A stretch of 63,578 nucleotides of DNA from Promethearchaeota archaeon (lineage in GTDB: Archaea > Asgardarchaeota > Lokiarchaeia > Sigyniarchaeales > SOKP01): NCBI GenBank assembly GCA_019894975.1, contig JAGXNO010000018.1, positions 1-63,578 of the forward strand, in the 5' to 3' direction. Position numbers and translations under genes: made by a program. The notes below the pieces were generated by a model. It was given only the letters and a program-made list of their open reading frames with translations. It did not search any database and was not told where the DNA came from. This document shows, piece after piece, positions 30,201 through 40,121 of the stretch (positions are counted from its first letter, which is position 1; every line of letters begins with the position of its first letter).

Positions 30201-31049
30201 ATGTCATATAAGGATTATAAGCTTCTAAAGATTCGAGTTAACCGAGGAGTTCTTTTCGCTACTATTGATAATCCCCCGATTAATTTATTAACTAACGAAC
30301 TTTATGGGGAATTCGGAAAACTAGCAGAGGAAGTTTCCAACGATGACAATGTAAAAGTGATTGTCTTTGACAGTGCTGATCCTGATTATTTTATTTGCCA
30401 TTATGATGTAAGTCTCCTTTTACTATATCCAGACAAAGCCCCACCAAAACCTACTGAGCTGCATTTTGGTCATCAAATGCAGGAAATATATCGGACTATG
30501 CCAAAGATTTCAATTGCAAAAATTGAAGGTCGAGTAAGAGGTGGAGGAAGCGAATTTGTCTTGTCACTCGATATGAGATTTGGAGCTATTGGAAAGGCAA
30601 TTTTAAGTCAGTTAGAAATTCCATTGGGTATTATCCCAGGAGGAGGAGGAACTCAAAGGCTCCCTCGTCTTGTAGGGAGATCTCGAGCCATGGAAATAGT
30701 AGTAGGAGGGGGAGATTATTCTGCAGACATAGCGGAGAAATATGGTTATATAAATCGTGCCCTTCCCCCTGAAGAAATTACACCCTTCGTAGAGGAACTT
30801 GCGTATCGAATAGCATCTTACCCCGCAGAAACAATCGCAGCAGCAAAGAAAGCTGTACTAGTTGCCTTAGAAAAACCTGTTGAGGAGGGTTTGTTAGAAG
30901 AACAACATCTCTTTAATTTGACATGTACATCATCTGCTGCTAAAGAGAGAATGAAGTTATTCCTTGAATTAGGTGGTCAAACGCGGGAAGGAGAACTTAA
31001 AGTTTCAAAATGGGTTAAAAAACTTACTGAAAAGCTTGAGAAAAAATAA
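30201..31049 (+). CDS. Enoyl-CoA hydratase/isomerase family protein 1
   Basis: DNPPxN, GGGSE, QLE..LGIIPGGGGTQRL. Confidence 0.9.
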   Translation: MSYKDYKLLKIRVNRGVLFATIDNPPINLLTNELYGEFGKLAEEVSNDDNVKVIVFDSADPDYFICHYDVSLLLLYPDKAPPKPTELHFGHQMQEIYRTMPKISIAKIEGRVRGGGSEFVLSLDMRFGAIGKAILSQLEIPLGIIPGGGGTQRLPRLVGRSRAMEIVVGGGDYSADIAEKYGYINRALPPEEITPFVEELAYRIASYPAETIAAAKKAVLVALEKPVEEGLLEEQHLFNLTCTSSAAKERMKLFLELGGQTREGELKVSKWVKKLTEKLEKK

Positions 31050-31169
31050 CTTATCATTGAATGATTTATCTACTATATTTTCTTCCTTATTCTGAGATTA
31101 TAGAAAAAACTTCTTATTTGATAATAAGTCAAAAATATTATTACAATCAAAAAAATCGTGATCAAAAAA

Positions 31170-32021
31170 ATGGAATATAAAGATTATAAAGTATGGAACA
31201 TTGAAGTGAAAAATAGTGTAGCATGGGTTACAATTGATAATCCCCCTGTGAACCTGATTAATATGGATTTCTTGGCAGACATGGATCGGTTTTTCAATGA
31301 AGTTAAAAAAGATGATGATGTAAAGGTAATAGTCTTTCAAAGTGCAGACCCTGATATTTTTATTTCACATTTCGATGTTACTGCTTTAACTGATTTTCCA
31401 GAAGAGCCTGGACCTATAGCTACAGAATTACAAGGCTGGAAAAAGTATTTTATGGATTTTCGGACATTATCTAAGGTTACAATCGCAAAAATCGAGGGAA
31501 TCACTGGAGGGGGAGGAAATGAGTTTGCTTTATCGATGGATATGAGATTTGGTGCAATTGGTAAAGCTGTATTCTCACAGACTGAAGCGGCAGTAGGAAT
31601 CATCGCAGGAGGTGGTGGCACACATTGGCTTACACGATTAATGGGGAGGTCTCGAGCATTAGAAGCCATGTTAGGTCTTTTACCTTATTCAGCAAAAATG
31701 GCAGAACGTTATGGATGGATTAATAGAGCACTCCCAGCGGATAAGATTGGTCCGTTCGTAGAGATGCTAGCTAACAGTATAGCATATGTTTCAGCTGAGA
31801 CAATTGCCCTTGTTAAAAGATCTGTGGTCGTGGCTGAAGAAATGTCCAGAGAGAAAGGATTACTTGAGGAAGGTCATCTTTTTGCTATAGCAGCATCAGC
31901 ATTAGATTCTAAAGGAAGAATGAATGAAGCTCTTGAATCTGGTTTGCAAACACGTGAAGCCGAATTAGGCCCAAAGCGAAGATTAGAGGAAATGAAGAAA
32001 CTTTTAGGCGATATATTCTAA
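31170..32021 (+). CDS. Enoyl-CoA hydratase/isomerase family protein 2
   Basis: GGGNE, QTEAAVGIIAGGGG. Start set at ATG 31170 by paralog alignment. Confidence 0.9.
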   Translation: MEYKDYKVWNIEVKNSVAWVTIDNPPVNLINMDFLADMDRFFNEVKKDDDVKVIVFQSADPDIFISHFDVTALTDFPEEPGPIATELQGWKKYFMDFRTLSKVTIAKIEGITGGGGNEFALSMDMRFGAIGKAVFSQTEAAVGIIAGGGGTHWLTRLMGRSRALEAMLGLLPYSAKMAERYGWINRALPADKIGPFVEMLANSIAYVSAETIALVKRSVVVAEEMSREKGLLEEGHLFAIAASALDSKGRMNEALESGLQTREAELGPKRRLEEMKKLLGDIF

Positions 32022-32144
32022 TTTTTTTTACTTTCTGTTTTTTTAATTAAGTGTTCTAACTACTAAAATTAAGTTCATAAAATAAGAATCTTTATGAATA
32101 GTTAAACAATCAATAGTCAATAGAATTTGAGAGGAAAAAAAGAA

Positions 32145-33014
32145 ATGAGTTATGATGGCTTTAAATTATTTAAAGTGAGAGTAGATAAGGGAGTTGCATT
32201 TGTAACAATTGATAATCCACCAATGAATCTTTTGAATATGCAAATGATAATGGAATTTGGTATGCTTGCGACTACTGTTAGGAATGATGACAATGTTCGT
32301 GTTATTGTATTTGATAGTGCTGATCCCGACTTCTTTATAGCTCACTTTGATGTCCAAGGATTAGTGGTAATGCCTGATGAAGCAGCACCAAAAAAGACGA
32401 GTATTGAAGGTACCGTTCATTCGATCAATGAAGCATATCGTACCATGCCTAAGATTTCCATTGCAAAAGTCGAAGGCGTAGTACGCGGTGGCGGATTTGA
32501 ATTTATTCAAAGCTTCGATATGATTTTTGGAGAAAAGGGAAAAGCTATATTTGCTCAACCAGAAATTGGGGTAGGAATTATACCGGGAGGAGGAGGAACA
32601 ATTAGAATTCCTCGCGAGGTTGGTCGAAGAAGAGCAATGGAAATTGTAGTTGGAGGACATGATTTCCCTGCAGAGACAGCAGAACTTTATGGCTTAATAA
32701 ATCGTGCCCTTCCTCCAGATAAATTAACCCTTTATGTTGAAAATTTAGCTTATAGAATTGCGGGATTCCCTGCTGAATCGATAGCTACAGCAAAACAATC
32801 CGTATTGGCAGGAGTAGATTTACCTCTTGAAACAGCACTTTTGGAAGAGCAATATTTGTTTGGTCAGGCTGTTGCATTACCCACCTCGAAAGCGAGAATG
32901 AAGATGTTTTTAAGTCTTGAGGGACAATCTCGTGAACTAGAAGCTAACATTAATACACTGCTTGATGAACAAGAAGAAAATCCCTTCGCAATATTCGAGG
33001 AAAAAGAGGAGTGA
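32145..33014 (+). CDS. Enoyl-CoA hydratase/isomerase family protein 3
   Basis: GGGFE, QPEIGVGIIPGGGG. Start set at ATG 32145. Confidence 0.9.
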   Translation: MSYDGFKLFKVRVDKGVAFVTIDNPPMNLLNMQMIMEFGMLATTVRNDDNVRVIVFDSADPDFFIAHFDVQGLVVMPDEAAPKKTSIEGTVHSINEAYRTMPKISIAKVEGVVRGGGFEFIQSFDMIFGEKGKAIFAQPEIGVGIIPGGGGTIRIPREVGRRRAMEIVVGGHDFPAETAELYGLINRALPPDKLTLYVENLAYRIAGFPAESIATAKQSVLAGVDLPLETALLEEQYLFGQAVALPTSKARMKMFLSLEGQSRELEANINTLLDEQEENPFAIFEEKEE

Positions 33015-33054
33015 GTAAGGAAACGAACAAAAAATAAAATTATTTAGAATTTAA

Positions 33055-34278
33055 TTAAATTACCTTATTTTTTTTAAAATTTTCAATATCTTCCTCAGAA
33101 TAATTAAGCGATTCTAAAATTTCCTCTGTCTGTTGTCCAGTTTTAGGAGCTAGGCTTCGTATTTGAGGAGGTGTTCGCGACATTTTGATGGGAGATGCTA
33201 AATTCTGAATTTCACCAAATACTGGATGCTTCATTTTCACAATCATATTACGGGCTTTAATTTGAGGATCATCACATGCTTCAAAATAATTTTTGACAGG
33301 GGAGATACATGTATCAAAATTTTTAAAGACTTCAAGCCATTCCCCTTGCGTTTTCTTAAGAAATTCATTTTCTAATTCCTTAAAGACTTTTTCCTTTTCT
33401 TCTCCTTGTACCCACATTTTAGATTTTAAGTCGTTACGATTTAATCCGTCACACAATCCTTGCCAAAATTTCGGTTCCATAGCTCCAACAGCGATATATC
33501 TATCATCTTTGGTTTTGTAAGCACAATAATATGGTGAACCTCCTCCTGTTTTCGCCCTTTTTTCTGGTTGTTCTGGTTTCTCTCTTAAATCTCTTACAAA
33601 CTTAGCTGCAGCAGCCAATGGATTGAAAAAGAAAACAGAATCAGTCATTGAAATGTCAACATATTGACCTTTTTTTTCAGGATTATTTTCCCTCTCAAAT
33701 AGAGCACTTAATATCCCGATAACAGATACTAATGCTCCACCGATATCACCTACTGAAACTCCAGGGGGTATTGGCCTTCGTTCTTTATCATCCTTACCTA
33801 ATTCATATCTTTCTCTTGTCGCATCTAATACTCCCGCAACTGCAATGTAATTAATATCGTGCCCTGCAATTTGTTCGTAAGGTCCATCTTGTCCATAACC
33901 CGTCATTGAACAACAGATTATTGATGGATTTATTGCAGATAAGGTTTTATAATCAATTTTTAGCCGTTCCATAACTTTTGGCCTAAAAGTATCCATTACA
34001 ACATCGGCTTTTTTTACCAGCTCATAAAATATCTTTCTAGCCTCTTCAGATTTCAAATTTAGGGTAATTGACTTCTTGTTTCTCATAAGTACCGCATTAA
34101 AAGCACTCTCTCGGTAATTATCCTTCTGAAAAAAGGGAGGTAGATTACTCATCATATCATTCGGGTTTTCTACCCTAATAACATTAGCTCCGAGATCAGA
34201 TAAGATCATTGTACAGTAAGGTCCGGGAAGCATACGTGATAAATCTAAAATTGTGATATTTTCTAAAGGTAATGTCAT
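33055..34278 (-). CDS. CaiB/BaiF family (class III CoA-transferase / alpha-methylacyl-CoA racemase-like) protein
   Basis: LPGPYC..LSDLGA, RNKKS, GYGQDGP and GHDINY (motif also seen in AMACR/Mcr). Start set at ATG 34278. Confidence 0.9.
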   Translation of the reverse strand: MTLPLENITILDLSRMLPGPYCTMILSDLGANVIRVENPNDMMSNLPPFFQKDNYRESAFNAVLMRNKKSITLNLKSEEARKIFYELVKKADVVMDTFRPKVMERLKIDYKTLSAINPSIICCSMTGYGQDGPYEQIAGHDINYIAVAGVLDATRERYELGKDDKERRPIPPGVSVGDIGGALVSVIGILSALFERENNPEKKGQYVDISMTDSVFFFNPLAAAAKFVRDLREKPEQPEKRAKTGGGSPYYCAYKTKDDRYIAVGAMEPKFWQGLCDGLNRNDLKSKMWVQGEEKEKVFKELENEFLKKTQGEWLEVFKNFDTCISPVKNYFEACDDPQIKARNMIVKMKHPVFGEIQNLASPIKMSRTPPQIRSLAPKTGQQTEEILESLNYSEEDIENFKKNKVI

Positions 34279-34418
34279 AAATATCAAAATCCTTGAGTAA
34301 TTTTTTAATTTACTAATTTTAATCAAAAAAAAATAAGGAATAAATACATAAAGAACTTGCTTTAGCTCTCCAATTCTTATTTGTTCATCTTTATATGATT
34401 AAAAAGATTATAATTCCT

Positions 34419-35441
34419 ATGATGAAAGCGATTGTATGGACAAAGTACGGACCACCGGATGTTCTTCAGCTCAAGGAAGTAGAAAAACCTACTCCCAAGG
34501 ATAATGAAATTCTGGTAAAAATACATGCGACAACAGTAACATCAGGAGACTGTGAACAACGAAGTCTCAAATTATCAATCTTATATCGACTCTTCATGCG
34601 ACTATATATTGGTCTCAGAAAACCAAAGAGAATAACTATATTAGGGATGGAGTTATCTGGGGAAATTGAATCAGTAGGAAAAGATGTAACACTATTTAAG
34701 GAGGGTGACCAAGTTTTTGCAGCTACTGGTTTTGTTGGTATGGGTGCTTGTGCTGAGTATATATGTCTGTCTGAAAAACCTGAAGAAGGGGATAGTACGA
34801 ACAGTAGTCAGGTGGCAATAAAACCGGTCAATATGACCCATGAAGAAGCTGCCCCCGTTCCTGTTGGAGGCCTTGAAGCATTGAATTTTCTTAGAAAAGG
34901 AAATATCCAAAACGGACAGAAGGTTCTGATTAATGGTGCGGGTGGAACTATAGGTACTTTTGCCATACAGCTTGCCAAGTACTTTGGGGCCGAAGTGATT
35001 GGAGTGGAGAGCACAGATAAATTGGACATGCTGCGCTCCATTGGTGCAGACCAGGTCATTGATTACACTCAAGAAGATTTCAACAAAAGTGGTGAGAATT
35101 ATGATTTTATTCTTGACGTGGTAAGCAAGAGTTCGTTTTCAGAGAGTATAAATTCGCTAAAAGAAAACGGATGCTATCTTATAGCTAACCCTGGGTTGTC
35201 ACAGAGGATTCGAGGACGAAAGATTTCAAAGAAAAGCAACAAGAAAGTTTTTTTCGGAGCAACATACCCTAAGACTGAAGATTTACTTTTCCTCAAAAGA
35301 CTTATTGAGGCGGGGAAGATAAAATCGGTCATAGATAGATGCTATCCTTTGGAACAAACCGCCGAAGCCCACAAGTATGTTGAAACAGGAGAAAAAAAGG
35401 GACATGTAATCATAACTGTAGTACATGATAACAAAACCTAA
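34419..35441 (+). CDS. Zn-independent MDR (NAD(P)-dependent alcohol dehydrogenase / quinone oxidoreductase-like)
   Basis: YGPPDVL, GMELSG, NGAGGTIG, IDYT and AHKYVE.G.KKG. No catalytic Zn ligands. Confidence 0.9.
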   Translation: MMKAIVWTKYGPPDVLQLKEVEKPTPKDNEILVKIHATTVTSGDCEQRSLKLSILYRLFMRLYIGLRKPKRITILGMELSGEIESVGKDVTLFKEGDQVFAATGFVGMGACAEYICLSEKPEEGDSTNSSQVAIKPVNMTHEEAAPVPVGGLEALNFLRKGNIQNGQKVLINGAGGTIGTFAIQLAKYFGAEVIGVESTDKLDMLRSIGADQVIDYTQEDFNKSGENYDFILDVVSKSSFSESINSLKENGCYLIANPGLSQRIRGRKISKKSNKKVFFGATYPKTEDLLFLKRLIEAGKIKSVIDRCYPLEQTAEAHKYVETGEKKGHVIITVVHDNKT

Positions 35442-35505
35442 CAGAGAGTAAAATTTTTCTTGTTTTTTATTAAAAAAATAAGGAGTATAGAAAAAGAAAT
35501 CTTTT

Positions 35506-37170
35506 TTATTTTTTCACTTCATAGCCTGCCTGCTCTCTATCGTAGGTGGATTCTGTTACTCCTTTATCTTTAAGAACTTGCTTTAAAGTTCTATGTACTT
35601 CACTTTTAGGGAGCTTTTCTACAAAATCTATGAATCGGGGAACTTGGAAATACGCCATTTTACCTTGGCAATAATCAAGTAATTCTTTAGGTGTCATAGA
35701 TTCACCTGGTTTTAATACCACGGAAACCATAACCTCGTCTTCGACTATTCCTGCAGGTTGGACTGCATAAGCAGCTGATTCTAGCACCTTTTCATGCTGA
35801 TTTATTACTCTCTCAACAGACCATGGTGAAATATTCTCACCCCTACGCCTAATAGAGTCCTTTTTCCTATCTACGAAGTAAAACCAGCCTCCAGCATCCA
35901 TTGTGGCTAGATCTCCGGTATGGAGCCACAGATTACCATCGTTGGCTTCTCGAATTTTATCTTTAGTGGAGCTTTCATCCTTATAGTATGTTACCTTTCT
36001 CATTTCTACTTCCCCTCTATTTACAAGGAAAACGAGTTCGCCCACTTCTTCAGACCCTAATAAATTTCCCTCATCATCCATAATACCAGCTTTAGAGCCA
36101 CCTAGAGGTTTTCCCATAGAACCAACAGGAACATTCTTTTGGAAAAAAGGACCAAGTATATACCCACCTCCATCAACAGCCCCATAAAATTCTTTTATTT
36201 CTACATTGAAACGTTTCTCAAATGGGATTACCAATTCTTTGGGACATGCGGCGGAAATAATTAATTTAACTTTATTTTCTCCATCATTGGGACGTTCTGG
36301 TTGTTTTAGCATAAATTGTGGCATAGCGCCCAATAAATTAAAGGATGTAACATTATATTTTCTGCATATATCCCAATGTCGACTCGCACTAAACCTCTTA
36401 GAAAGAACCACAGGTGTTTCTGTCAAATATCCTGGCATTGTTGTTATTTGCAGAGCGTTTCCGTGGAATAAAGGTAAACATGTTAACATAACGTCGTCTC
36501 CCCCACCTAAGAATAATCTTATTAGCCCTGAAGCTGTCTGTAACGCGTTCCCTGCATAGGTTTTTTTATAATAAAAAGTAGTAGCCTTAGGCGGTCCTGT
36601 TGTACCTGAAGTGTACATAAGGTAACATTTTTCTTCAAAATCAATTTCAGCTTCGATATCATCATCAGGTGATTCCATTAGTTCTTGAAGCGATATCATA
36701 CCCTCTGGAAGTTTAAAATCTGGGGGTGCTTCATTAATTTCGACTATTACATGCTTAATCTTCGGTAATTCATCTTTAATGTCCAAATAAGCATCAATCA
36801 TGCTCCAATTAATTACTAAGATCTCTGAATCACTATGATCAATAATATATTGTAATGTCACCCCCTTCAAAGCAGTATTAATTAGCACTGCATAACCCCC
36901 AAGTTTCCATGTCCCAAATAACGTAAATAAAAATTCCGGAGAATTAATTTCCATTAATGAAAGTCCAACTCCTGGTTTCATTCCAAATTTTTTTAATCCA
37001 TTTGCCATTCTATTTGAATATAAATGGATATCTCGATAGGTATATCTTTCATCAATTTCCTTATCAAAATCTCTTACATAAGTTAAGAAAACCTTGTCTC
37101 CTACAGTTTCAGCTTTATTTTTAACAACATCATTAAAAGTTGTCGTTTCACTTATTTTAAAATCAGACAA
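35506..37170 (-). CDS. CaiC/bile-acid-CoA-ligase-like acyl-CoA ligase 1
   Basis: YTSGTTGPPK, LPLFHGNA, RFSASRHW, HTGD and DRKKDSIRRRGENIS. Confidence 0.9.
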   Translation of the reverse strand: MSDFKISETTTFNDVVKNKAETVGDKVFLTYVRDFDKEIDERYTYRDIHLYSNRMANGLKKFGMKPGVGLSLMEINSPEFLFTLFGTWKLGGYAVLINTALKGVTLQYIIDHSDSEILVINWSMIDAYLDIKDELPKIKHVIVEINEAPPDFKLPEGMISLQELMESPDDDIEAEIDFEEKCYLMYTSGTTGPPKATTFYYKKTYAGNALQTASGLIRLFLGGGDDVMLTCLPLFHGNALQITTMPGYLTETPVVLSKRFSASRHWDICRKYNVTSFNLLGAMPQFMLKQPERPNDGENKVKLIISAACPKELVIPFEKRFNVEIKEFYGAVDGGGYILGPFFQKNVPVGSMGKPLGGSKAGIMDDEGNLLGSEEVGELVFLVNRGEVEMRKVTYYKDESSTKDKIREANDGNLWLHTGDLATMDAGGWFYFVDRKKDSIRRRGENISPWSVERVINQHEKVLESAAYAVQPAGIVEDEVMVSVVLKPGESMTPKELLDYCQGKMAYFQVPRFIDFVEKLPKSEVHRTLKQVLKDKGVTESTYDREQAGYEVKK

Positions 37171-37359
37171 TATTTCATCCTCTTAATTATTTAAGCTTCT
37201 CTTTTTGAAATTTATTACACTTACTTAAAGAACGAAATAATAAAAAAGTAATTAATAGAAATTTTTTAACATTCCTCAGAATTTACCAGAATAATTCTAT
37301 TTGGTATTAAAAGTAATTAAAAATAAAAAGAATTAAAATAATTTAGAAGCCAATTATCT

Positions 37360-39072
37360 TTACTTTTTTAGCTCGTAGCCTGCTTTTTCACGATCATAGG
37401 TTGTATCGGTAACTCCCTTGTCTTTAAGAAACCGTTTCATTATTCTATGAACTTCACTTTTTGGTAAAGATTCTACGAATTCAACAAAACGTGGAATTTG
37501 GAAATGAGCAAGCTTATCTTGAACAAAGTCAAGTAGTTCTTCAGGTTCCATGGTTTCACCAGGCTTTAAAACGACTGCAACCATTACTTCATCTTCAGCA
37601 TAGTCTTCTCCTACTTGCTGTCCTTTAATACCATATGCTGCTGACTCCAACACTTTATCATGTCTATTTATTACCCTTTCTACACTCCAAGCAGCGATAT
37701 TTTCTCCACGACGTCTGATAGAATCTTTTTTGCGATCTACAAAAAAGAACCACCCATTTTCATCTTTTGTAGCAACATCTCCTGTATGAAACCATAACCT
37801 TCCATCAGGTGCTTTTTGAATACGAGATTCAGATGCTTCTTCGTTTTTATAATAACTCACTTTTCTCTCCTCTTTTTCTTCTTCTTTAACAAGAAAAACG
37901 AGCTCTCCCGGAGTATTGGGTTCTAAAATATTACCCTCATCATCCATTATTTCTCCAACAACATTACCAGATGTTTTTCCCATAGATCCTACAGGAGCAT
38001 CTGGAGCACCACCGGTACCTAAAGAGAAACCTCCTCCGTCAACTGCACCATATGCTTCATAAATTTTCAATCCGAATCTTTCTTCAAAATCTTTCACAAG
38101 TTCTTTAGGACATGCTGCTGAATTAACACGCCATACTTTGTTATCTTTATCATTAGGGTGTTTTGGTTGTTTAAGGAGGTATTGCGGCATTGATCCCAGT
38201 AGATTAAAATTGGTGACACCATATTTACGAATAATATCCCAAAACCTTGATGCAGAGAATCTTTTCGAAAGTATAACAGGAAATTCTGCCATGTAGCCAG
38301 GCATGGAGCATAATTGAAGTGCGTTACCATGAAACAAGGGTAAACAAGTGTATAAAACGTCACCCGCTTTTCCTAAGCCATAGGCAATGAGAGCAGAAAA
38401 AGTTAATGAGCCAGCATTCAACATTTTTCCATAGAAAAACGTCGTTGCTTTTGGAAGTCCCGTTGTTCCAGAGGTATAAATTAATATGGACATGTTGTTA
38501 GGATCAATTTCTACTTCTACATCGTCATCAGGAGCTTCCATTACACTTTGTAGAGATAAAATTCCTTCTGGTAAATTGAAATCAGCTGGAGCTTCATTCA
38601 TATCTACTAGTACATTCTTTATTTTCGGTAACTCATCTCTAATTTTCAAATAATTATCCAGCAATGACCAGTGTGTTAAAAAAGTATTACTATCACTATG
38701 ATCAACAATATATTGTAATCCATCACCCTTCAAACCGGTATTTACTAATACAACATAACACCCCATCTTCCAAGCTGCGAAAAGTGTAAAAAGAAATTCA
38801 GGACTATTTATTTGGTATACAGATATACCATCACCCGAATTTAATCCTAACTTTGTAAACCCGTTTGCTAATCTATTGGATTGGGTATACATGTCTCGAT
38901 AAGTATATTTCTCATCTATTCCTTTATCAAAATCTCTAACATAAGTTAAATATACCTTATCACCAACCCGTTCTGCTTTTTTTCTAACGATATCAGTAAA
39001 TGTATCTGTTGGGCTTATATTTAATTGCTTCTGGAGCATATTTGTTAATGCATTCATTTGATTTTCTTCCAT
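37360..39072 (-). CDS. CaiC-like acyl-CoA ligase 2
   Basis: YTSGTTGLPK, LPLFHGNA, RFSASRFW and RRRGENI. Confidence 0.9.
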   Translation of the reverse strand: MEENQMNALTNMLQKQLNISPTDTFTDIVRKKAERVGDKVYLTYVRDFDKGIDEKYTYRDMYTQSNRLANGFTKLGLNSGDGISVYQINSPEFLFTLFAAWKMGCYVVLVNTGLKGDGLQYIVDHSDSNTFLTHWSLLDNYLKIRDELPKIKNVLVDMNEAPADFNLPEGILSLQSVMEAPDDDVEVEIDPNNMSILIYTSGTTGLPKATTFFYGKMLNAGSLTFSALIAYGLGKAGDVLYTCLPLFHGNALQLCSMPGYMAEFPVILSKRFSASRFWDIIRKYGVTNFNLLGSMPQYLLKQPKHPNDKDNKVWRVNSAACPKELVKDFEERFGLKIYEAYGAVDGGGFSLGTGGAPDAPVGSMGKTSGNVVGEIMDDEGNILEPNTPGELVFLVKEEEKEERKVSYYKNEEASESRIQKAPDGRLWFHTGDVATKDENGWFFFVDRKKDSIRRRGENIAAWSVERVINRHDKVLESAAYGIKGQQVGEDYAEDEVMVAVVLKPGETMEPEELLDFVQDKLAHFQIPRFVEFVESLPKSEVHRIMKRFLKDKGVTDTTYDREKAGYELKK

Positions 39073-39219
39073 AATGCAACCTCAATAATTGATATTTCCT
39101 TAGAATTTTATAACATTTAATAAATTGTTGCTAGAGGAGAATTTCTAATTTTGATGTGAAATTAGAATAAAAATTTAAGATATTGGGTTTTAATTAAAAA
39201 ATGGAAGTATCTTGAATCC

Positions 39220-39954
39220 TTAATGTAAAGTTACTTCTTCTTTACGCTTCTTTATGTTTCTTGAGATTCTTTTTATAAGCTTTTCATAGGTTGATATATA
39301 CCCATAAATTAAACCAAATGATTTTAAAGTAGATTGGTGAATATCTGGAGTCCAGGCTGCACAACAATCATCTACAATTACTACTTGGAACCCATAATCA
39401 GAAGCCTCTCGAGCAGTAGAATGTACACAAAAATTAGTTACTACTCCTGATACCAAAACTGTCTCTATTTCCATATTTCGCAAAAAACTGTCAAGTCTAG
39501 TTGATATAAAGGTACCACTAGTGTTTTTTTGAATAACGAAATCTCTTTCTTCTGGCTTTAATTCATCTATTATATCAGAGCTAGGGTGTTTTATGTAAGG
39601 AAAAGCGACTTCTCCTAATCGAGTTTTTGCGATATTGTTTAAAAATTTGATGCTCTTAGAAAAATCGCTTCCATCAGGCATAAAACTTGAATACTTTGTG
39701 TAAATCACTGTGATTTCAGCATCATGACAAAAATCAATTAATTTTCGTAGATTTGGAGTAACCTTTTCTTCTACTTCTTTCACGAAATATTCTAAAAATC
39801 CGGGAATAATATTATCCAATGATTTATAGGCACCATAATCTTTCTCTACCTGATATTTTTGCATATCAACTACAATCAAGGCTGTCTTTTTCGGTATTAT
39901 ATCACTTAAGCCGCTTTGGACAAATTTATATAGTGCATCGATTTTTTCCCCCAT
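39220..39954 (-). CDS. Isochorismatase-like cysteine hydrolase
   Basis: ALIVVDMQ, K and TNFCV give the Asp-Lys-Cys triad. Confidence 0.9.
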   Translation of the reverse strand: MGEKIDALYKFVQSGLSDIIPKKTALIVVDMQKYQVEKDYGAYKSLDNIIPGFLEYFVKEVEEKVTPNLRKLIDFCHDAEITVIYTKYSSFMPDGSDFSKSIKFLNNIAKTRLGEVAFPYIKHPSSDIIDELKPEERDFVIQKNTSGTFISTRLDSFLRNMEIETVLVSGVVTNFCVHSTAREASDYGFQVVIVDDCCAAWTPDIHQSTLKSFGLIYGYISTYEKLIKRISRNIKKRKEEVTLH

Positions 39955-40121
39955 TTAATCACATCCTTTTAAATTAAAAATCAATTTAACAAATTTGAAA
40001 ATATTGGATATAACGTTATTTTAGTTCCTTTCTATTTATACCTATTTGTGATATAACTAATATTTGTAAGTCAATTTGAAATTAAAATTAAAACAAAAAA
40101 AGTAGAATAAAAGAAGATATA

